The translations under genes and the position numbers were made by a program. Source: Giardia intestinalis (taxonomy: Eukaryota). From it: a stretch of DNA of 64,000 nucleotides. The notes under the pieces were generated by a model that searched no databases, had not been told where the DNA came from, and was given only the letters and a program-made list of their open reading frames with translations. Shown here in pieces: positions 60,601 to 64,000 of the stretch (the stretch's first letter is position 1; each line of letters opens with the position of its first letter). The stretch lies in NCBI GenBank assembly GCA_000002435.2, contig CM018793.1; one strand, 5' to 3'.

Positions 60601-63366
60601 ACTCAGGTCTACTACAGGCCGCATACTATTATCATATACCGTAATATGCTGAGAATCATGGTAGAAGGCACCACCACTTTTGTCCTGAGAAATATCACTG
60701 GATATGGAGGAAGATTCACCATTCTCTCGACATTTGGGAGACGTTCGAAAAGATCCGCCACTTATTGAGGCCAGTGTAGAGGAACTTTGAGATAGGACCT
60801 CCGATGCATCAGTTAACAGGTCACTAAGCGCAAGGTTAGTATCAGAACACTCGCCCTTGCCTGACCCAATTTTCTTATCCCGCGATCGTTCTCGAAGCCT
60901 ACCTCCAACAGTGCTATGCAAAAGACCGTCTCCTGATTGCCTCATCTTATCGTCTATTACTTTACGATAGTCTTGCTCGAAATTAAGGGAATGAACGCGC
61001 CGATGACGACCCATTATTACCTCACCTGAGATATTCGTGACAGGAAAAAACCGAGTATGATCATATCTATCTATTTCATTGCATGAAATTCGTTTATAGC
61101 GGTCGTAGTTGCCTTGTCGTGGGGATAGCTGACGATAATTATCCGGGTCATCTTGTCCATACTCAAAGCGCCTCATGATCTGGTCGAGCATCTTCTCTCT
61201 GATAAGGGTCTCTCTTGCCATTCGCAAATGAGCATCTGCAAGAGCAACTCTGTCTGAGAGAACTGTTCTAAACCGTGGCTCTTCCTCGTTTGTCTTCGGT
61301 GTAAAGGAACGTCCACCGGGACTGCTTTTCATCCTTTTTTCTCTTAGCTGTTTTAGTAATTGTACAGGCGAACGGGGATCACTCTTGCTTAATGCCCCTG
61401 CTCCCTGCCCCGTGCTACCACTTCTACTGATAGGTGTTCCACCCGTTTGATACAGATGAGAGTCCATAAATTGGTCGGCAGCAGAGGCAGAGATAGCTGT
61501 CTTCACCGACAGATCGATCATGGAGTCAAAGGCCGGAGCTAAGTTAGAGCCTAACTCCTTACAACCTTTCATAAATAATGACTGTTGAGCAAGATCTGCC
61601 GACTCGAAAATCACCCTAACGTCGTATGGATAATCCTCTTCACTATTACCGAGGATATCGCGCTCCCCCTGGGAGTAAAACCGATAGTTCCCAAAGCGCG
61701 GTATATAGCTAATTAACGGCAGTAGGAATTGCGGGAGGCTTATTGTATGAATAGTGTTAGCCATGGACACTAATAACCTGCCATTGTGTATGCGTAACTG
61801 CATATTTTTCTTAGGTTTCTCAGAGGCACTACACTTGTACAGGCCTGAGGTGGTCATGTTCTCTAGATACACCGGCCTAGAGATGGCGTTGTCATAGGCG
61901 GTGAGATTAAACGCAACAAGGTAGCCTTTAAAGCACGTGAAGAGAACGAGATAGTCATCAATAGATGCAATTTGTGACGATTCGAAGCCCTTAGTTAGAA
62001 TAACACTAGGGCGAGGAAGCTTTAGTGTTGTGGATTGCTTTGGAGTGTAGATTTCATCTCCAGAAAGTCCAGATTGACGATGTGCAGACCCACACTCCCA
62101 CTCCTCCACGAAAGTGTCTAGAAGTTCCTGCATCACGCCCTCAGCCTGTTCTTTGGCAAGTCTCTCTTTTAGTTCAATGTACTCTGTCAAAAAGTCACGC
62201 ATAGGAGGCTGATGTGACTCAGCATTCAATGCGGTCAAAGGACTAATGTTTTCGGTAGATTGATCATCACGCAGTGCTCTTTTTTGTGCCTCAGTATGCT
62301 TACTTATGCAGAATTTCCCTAACAGTGGGTCGCTGCCTAACAGAACACGAGCCTTGATCCCCGGTTTTCCTGTTATTTTTGTTTTTAGCCGACCAGATTG
62401 GTAGGTATTTGTACAAGCAATGTCGTGCTTCATTACCGCTTTTGTTTTAATATTTATTGTAAGCATCATTCCGTCAATATACCCCAGAAAGAGAGTAACC
62501 GGAGAAAGGATGTGTATTTGCTTGATGTGCTCCGGATAAACACGCTCGAAGAAAATGAAGTTGGCAAGGCTTGATACACCAACAGGTGACACATCGGAAG
62601 CTGGGACAGGTTGATTCTGGACCCGTTGCCTAAGAGATTCCGACGTCATTAATATGTACACACGTCCAGTTATGTCTCCTATGAAAGAAAGCCCAAGGTT
62701 TCCAAAACACATTGCTGTGATACGGTTCCGTAGGTAATAGGGGGTGATCTGAGAAAAGTTACTGCAATAAAGGAGCGCATTGAAAGAGGGTATCCGCAAG
62801 TCTGCATTAAAGTCAACGTGAAAGGAGAGCATAAAGCTCTGGTGGTTAGTGGGATCGATCTCCATGTGTACATCTGATATTGTTCGATTTAGCTGCATAA
62901 CCGGAGCATACATATTTGTTCTGTTATCAATTGCCAGATCAATGCAACGGCCTGCATCCAAAGAATGAACTAAGTCAACGGCTCTAACAGACGGAGTACT
63001 GTACGATTTGCCAAACGACTGCAGAATATATAAGATTCCGTCTTCTGTTATTACATAAAGACATGTATCATTCCATGCTGCTCCCACGCGTAAAACGTTG
63101 AACTTAAATGATTGTCGCGAAATTAGAACAGAGTTGGCTGCAGATAAAAGAATTGTTGTATTCTTAGTTGCCACAAAGATGTAGCTAGTGGATAAAGTAA
63201 AGTCTATTATTTCTGTGGGTGCTTTATAATGGATACCGATGGTAGTCAATCTGTGGCCTTCAGGAGGAGCTGATTTTGCATTAGCTACTCCTCGATTAGG
63301 AGCATTAGACATCAAATTTAGTGATGGTGGGCTTGACTGATCGCTGTTGTTGATCGCTTTTAACAT
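48685..63366 (-). CDS. giant hypothetical protein (4893 aa), mostly S/T/N-rich low complexity with a structured N-terminal ~500 aa
   Basis: A single uninterrupted 14.7-kb ORF starting at the genuine ATG (aattaaacagagaacacagctcaATGttaaaa), with no competing ORFs on either strand. Composition is strongly biased (S, T, R, L), and no catalytic motif is recognised by eye. Confidence 0.8.
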   Translation of the reverse strand: MLKAINNSDQSSPPSLNLMSNAPNRGVANAKSAPPEGHRLTTIGIHYKAPTEIIDFTLSTSYIFVATKNTTILLSAANSVLISRQSFKFNVLRVGAAWNDTCLYVITEDGILYILQSFGKSYSTPSVRAVDLVHSLDAGRCIDLAIDNRTNMYAPVMQLNRTISDVHMEIDPTNHQSFMLSFHVDFNADLRIPSFNALLYCSNFSQITPYYLRNRITAMCFGNLGLSFIGDITGRVYILMTSESLRQRVQNQPVPASDVSPVGVSSLANFIFFERVYPEHIKQIHILSPVTLFLGYIDGMMLTINIKTKAVMKHDIACTNTYQSGRLKTKITGKPGIKARVLLGSDPLLGKFCISKHTEAQKRALRDDQSTENISPLTALNAESHQPPMRDFLTEYIELKERLAKEQAEGVMQELLDTFVEEWECGSAHRQSGLSGDEIYTPKQSTTLKLPRPSVILTKGFESSQIASIDDYLVLFTCFKGYLVAFNLTAYDNAISRPVYLENMTTSGLYKCSASEKPKKNMQLRIHNGRLLVSMANTIHTISLPQFLLPLISYIPRFGNYRFYSQGERDILGNSEEDYPYDVRVIFESADLAQQSLFMKGCKELGSNLAPAFDSMIDLSVKTAISASAADQFMDSHLYQTGGTPISRSGSTGQGAGALSKSDPRSPVQLLKQLREKRMKSSPGGRSFTPKTNEEEPRFRTVLSDRVALADAHLRMARETLIREKMLDQIMRRFEYGQDDPDNYRQLSPRQGNYDRYKRISCNEIDRYDHTRFFPVTNISGEVIMGRHRRVHSLNFEQDYRKVIDDKMRQSGDGLLHSTVGGRLRERSRDKKIGSGKGECSDTNLALSDLLTDASEVLSQSSSTLASISGGSFRTSPKCRENGESSSISSDISQDKSGGAFYHDSQHITVYDNSMRPVVDLSGQSPTSSVGHEKNNHLLNDPEPQLSGYAATKNIEQSISNVISCAMSLPEAADRVDRCALNQHSPQIVAPPSSSDATNLEERKIDSIVSFILSTHKHTEESCSELPVLKPHKSHSQGNSTSIPAALPCNRTPQMNDSLESDQRAWPRVERVSELYSISKLLSRNRKYASMASAMVHILKLPRRDETDDKIKMLLHIHRRQNVFSFLARTGLFTDSERAILIETLDDARFYYQQLGVPAIDINQIKPSTIEGVSQWRGYLDSHNILPHKLTDLKPDMYFKHPGRNMTSAMSTRWIPKAHKSDKEPSLGASELRRQEREDLVSCPLQPAKELSSLQVYSLQTSSSTPGITSLRKSLSLSTGAMTTMTAPPSSAPHSLSLVRTSNVSSSKSKDFIYPSKSGSSPVAREASFPTLAGPSEGLPADISVVAYSESNTSHLEEKHTSACTAQQGGLSNAPLSGTTQPNILADFRRESRPTNSRDGSMDSSTSADDNNERSNSSTAMVHNEHRIFRSSPKSSQLFSSHFRKETLKASKSDPQTLRPKLRPPDILYPIASSDQMEEHKALSASTSSALQPLPRAVHQKPMRPSSLPSSRFTRRISSMETLLPRETHHAWLKSRAQTRNTVRVTVFTGIPKYYDMRTRIEYAHKHHFNMLQQRDLTDSVEPVGSLVYKVSRPLSVQGPRCTDAGSVLTPLFAPQAPFEGERHGSNLLTDDGSFISTTQSERADVIHRPRWSASETSRKLTSVPNDASVLSAIEFYPLSRPDTSDVRSGPTLIDLNQQLTHVLDALSVHMYGEKEKRFLTRYTESITGALIQQVRRNNAQSKPFSPTALEDRGANSLDRRPSAGTPMHQGVLLDRGLPLSSLAKLSSALGNIVYKLTIMRQAAYRQTTEKEAIEARDEMWNAAVTEINRAFPNMLHVSSEPAMGRGLSPEKISVSLNNNGILSNQSVGHQISPVKEKKFKEPQRLTWKIGAANVSSAALAPSYRYLHDTETRSSNENIKPVDKAQFMQPRVARDGVQSARYMRSLAQARTRFAPYSLKDVLQVFSYLDVGVGANGEIRSLNADRLTKIYRADSDIYGCADNEETSSGEHFWQGDGGGQHPSLDSQQMKESLEKRRSTSFQHLLPRESVESLNELLPRYEFQTDQNSAPPVTTAKQVSGLRGQKTKAKLRHPLLEDASLIQTILADYDILPAQHTFDSQTTNTAIQVKRKDLVRLLLRMVDSASQPDNIRALEPLLPQVVKNDSIFKEQLFSFLHEKRGLMEQHAIRIQDLMQTQKRFEEVQEQAISLQTMQRSTEGVVYDSRVSLMGSTGKSICEQLRDTDQPLEVSTLDLINMNVTRYSDKPSVLLHSVVLSPMKFHTMRRRTLAAKKTIQDNQSLEIPELIVPSIFIGTSTENLTEKNLIRRQPNKGNRLRRNNLTGSQTVTAHTRQDGADLNALRVNLAFPSNLHSSLIQGRNASGKELQDRYSYASNSTMSLSTSARVKSLQPIDPSLTSSFGSSKALATLPTQQHNDFHLLPELADSITSLKPQTTQNHDNTKRTIGDHVVPARPDMVAKTQLLELNDSTCRIHPLSNKEPSTLRSSQQTSMPQTSKSKDASLVDRKSITPFDSAPEVGLADAEDANTLELKENQNLIRSRSSSAVSFPSDILTSQSHDSLNGSVSEKSRGHGTSIPAVSGLAQDSIHSGLPPRPSSGALRPAASSPRPECFSSIQEHVKGLHHPSELINLRSRDRDLLLSMSHRSPYNLRRPDIVLSALGLKVPSKADTPLPATAGKARTSSHISPTSSVSSASSTRRTSKSNSFSYSRSSSPARWSDDSDTFVGAVITQMRSPRASSKKPSHRSYRYGTLTPTEGFSTRPGRSRSCCDFLRRTSDGYSCAVQTCFLDFQSHDHTQTDPSLSADVFFSGPHIDRVTPGNIELSDLDLTSGQLRSFSTPMLPFSSICNGSVTISHVPSQSPSTSLHDTRELIMQSCPVLSNKKTKPQEPFGVQLTQIYQRYITAKTDSFKRDAAAFRSQQLIVLSEYLTSLSTYLYPLTQKILHAEYHGILAFGTYTEVEMQASGLKKHKRYFYYNMPQLTSEAHIDTCLNPEFILRQRLDSLRFMGFLHGVFSKLSNSTNALDVINRRCTPMHAAIAVSNRASITTTADMVYPEGRRRLILYTDHPLVDVSVADYDREITNTQNLLRSTENVLLIPPRSKSAQRSCIDRQSIHQRPTSRHNASRSQSMSFQASRSSSPSYHSDLHHSFTITSGKSFDTALRSTQDQHSIISNRHVKPKQSESKARRARSFEELRKLERYSSHSLTKDTLYDDCNIYYSISHWKYSLSKNCCVHRPVPSMTLFGRRWNDSHGAVIPSAETRSIVHRRIRSRLQCSKISKSTENVLQNNYVRFYPDVSYYTLGAYNIRQYSPITSAVPTTSNLLQPRMKSLKDFLDTSISDEELVFSGVYMHNHTSTAENCCLAFETSLILASKVVRNIESCFNKKLIVDAIGRDVYVSTPRPEYLLPQKKNLSTSILLHQSASGGTQTKDFQISSGTFAMHTVAPRGEIYNSREDKRAMEHDKGVDFSESSIHELSSKLYDKQRYIDHLHSLTFSSARLASAIFPSGLRFLSVDCLSGPIEASFLNTLNAQYWGLAKSWDLAYSDAANVLTSATSAYVTIAERTKNIMLFTLSTKEDTSDDPEIFLKGLLTCRYDRYKYNRLRAQEEQLYEICPDTLPDLSRVGRRKRNRIMNMYDIFGRRIAPRKTGGSISETQKPVNKAALADTEVSHICDQRNVLESRPAITLASYSEKSTYKSLLESSIGKGCLSENREIGEDIGLSSMRLTTHVFTVDIQRMLSQSFGRERLVSTPSRGGQSCGARELTKEIVITRGTHALAGHTSITPTTENSRPGQINHRRAASARPENQLSGIKTWINTFARSQSLCHSRQLPTYLMEIIILQASESFACSLSHIFRHREAAVYFKTMVEKEFVPIITKQTTPLSDLPPCTATSGFAHVLYGSESVLDTYSLVNRKAECNPIGIYSATHLRQFIMLPVDYIDYRSFLLHTKTLNKHVMDVSAVLQSQRAVKSLEVRNAQISQLMENTRAYSNDTASCYDLWNRLVFNMHHVLNIQAVRLYSERFENLLQQHDYDLDLLIEKALTLNSEYYTKHPAVFREYQIRRHQKEVEHKAELERIRYLMMEVMRNWRLHGPIYNISGLLLISYRKGAAFKEALQRYFPIANEEPFEKYSLEPSLNTAPFGTGEMPITARERAKESEASEKSDKTLLLSYRSTRPTTGTSHSSGSQRFASTIVSERELDMQHRMRHLFLSRLVMIEFSTRLFEAQHKNNMLTSIQYMVLDDLDSVFSQLPLIMKSSDTLFKRISMEALTSGKSKVGAYDYMYGVNSDEMEAKEIRKTRENLEARESNADLADSRSSLAKNAAVSMAKELSRPHTALPVSDIKLTMVKDGTPSPLAFSPTKTVALALKMNNLDMLSRDIKQRLDRLQRGDLDEFDGSIVEFISQSESFFSMCEVPDVQEKLDDLSEEQSSIHEPSSTLNKKGRRVTISDDSHAPSAAQITSSSSRPMSGSHLKPPSGTKGSLNIVQLNMSLNVKQKAARLTIDSLRSRGMKTPRQDKDLGRILQKLVTTENIAPKNASLSSDGTSSHDDSPTLRPLPTGHQAAEQIDAIHKRKERKQSCIPDNTPISRDLSNISTTERRTASQSSRLSSIKSAGVRLPRHVEKTLEAGMVADMTPNYFSLNSSLQTSLSSNDDTEGLNKLFARYTDTNNAKEVPVHRCQSSLDRNRLPNTKKSVKKPGSMSVAECEYQKSTNRDGVSMILTGVPVQKPILPEVLAGAQRQIKLISRGSVNSSAEQSICSVDHTPNTLLRPSSSFEADHKKDVGSKNPWKRGAMATSGTTSQSRYLSQSHVKNLISNTNSIEQSLNENLTESELAHIEALGQRRFKPEDGSTWITIGGIARPGSGIGMRRYTGRKRSGG

Positions 63367-63853
63367 TGAGCTGTGTTCTCTGTTTAATTTTGTTAAAATT
63401 GAAGACGCATGCAGGGCGGCTTTACTTTATGCCTCTGTATGTTTAGTGAGCGCATACTCTACCCGCAACACAGAATGTACTTATTGGCAATTAGTTAGCT
63501 TTCCCTTTCGAGGATGTTAGTCATTGTCATAAGGGTGTCTTTTGGTCTTCACTAGAAAAATTGGCAGATAGCGAGCTACTTGGTTGTTGCAAGTAACTAC
63601 TCAGCTAATAAGCTTATTATATAGAGCTATCAAACCAACTCGAGAACGTTGCGTGTCTCCATTCTTATTCATGAAGATTCAGAGACAACTAGATGGGTCA
63701 TAGATATAGCCTAGAGGAACTCTTGTTAGTTGTCGAGGGACAAGGTTTCGCCCTAGGCCATGGCCCCTTACATGCGGCGCCCTGCCGCTCTCGCCAGAAG
63801 GTGCGTCGATGCTCCGGGGTGGGGCCTTGAGATATAGTGTAACACATGGGCGC

Positions 63854-63860
63854 GTTTACT
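63854..63860 (-). terminator. polyadenylation signal AGTAAAC 7 nt downstream of the VSP stop
   Basis: Minus strand reads ...AAGGCGTGActcaggtAGTAAACgcgcc. Confidence 0.6.
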
Positions 63861-63867
63861 ACCTGAG

Positions 63868-64000
63868 TCACGCCTTCCCCCTGCAGAGGAACCACCAGCA
63901 GAGGAAGCCCACGAGGCCCCCCACGACAGCGATGACAGCCACGGAGATCCCTGCTATGGCACCAGTACTGAGGCCGCTCTTGTTGACGCTTCCGCCGGTG
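63868..64000 (-). CDS. VSP: variant-specific surface protein (VSP) 3' end: transmembrane helix + CRGKA tail (5' part lies beyond the window)
   Basis: Minus-strand translation of the window end is ...[43 protein letters not shown]. The hydrophobic helix plus the invariant C-terminal CRGKA is diagnostic of Giardia VSPs. Confidence 0.85.
   Translation of the reverse strand, partial: TGGSVNKSGLSTGAIAGISVAVIAVVGGLVGFLCWWFLCRGKA

Noticed and set aside
63698-63895. 65-aa minus ORF near the window end
   Set aside because: It overlaps the VSP transmembrane/CRGKA coding sequence in a different frame. The CRGKA frame is the real one.
1-64000. Prokaryotic interpretations (operons, CRISPR arrays, defence islands, phage)
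   Set aside because: No direct-repeat/spacer arrays and no Shine-Dalgarno-type spacing. The gene content is eukaryotic (calmodulin, ubiquitin-like-S27a fusion, P0 acidic tail, AP sigma, ArfGAP, ankyrin/NEK, VSP), with Giardia-specific signals.

Overview
This 64 kb window is compact, intron-poor eukaryotic nuclear DNA with the hallmarks of Giardia intestinalis (a diplomonad), not a prokaryotic locus. The evidence for Giardia is fourfold. First, a VSP-type C-terminus (transmembrane helix followed by CRGKA and a stop) sits at the right edge. Second, AGTAAAC/AGTAAAT polyadenylation signals overlap or directly follow stop codons. Third, short AT-rich initiator elements abut the start ATGs, and genes are spaced 4-100 bp apart with convergent overlaps. 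Fourth, ankyrin-repeat proteins of the NEK/21.1 family are abundant. About 29 protein-coding genes are supported. Those identified by homology are an AP-complex sigma subunit (partial), an ABHD17-like hydrolase, ubiquitin-like-S27a, calmodulin, SDA1, a retropepsin-like protease, an ArfGAP, an exosome RNase-PH-like subunit, RPL9, RPLP0, a TOG/HEAT-like giant, a HAT/TPR protein, a 4893-aa giant protein and a VSP 3' end. Six ankyrin-repeat genes are also present, two of them fused to NEK-like (pseudo)kinase domains and one to a RING finger. The most unusual part is a GC-rich island of roughly 12 kb (about 12300-24270). It contains a frameshifted, dead R2/GilM-GilT-like non-LTR retrotransposon (zinc finger, RT, then CCHC/REL-endonuclease). 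It contains the element's 3'-UTR-like module (ending in AGTAAAC) in two inverted copies. It contains a GC-rich gene broken by several frame changes, and about 2 kb with no credible ORF. No CRISPR array, operon structure, rRNA or tRNA was seen. All functional calls are from reading the translations by eye and have not been checked against a database.
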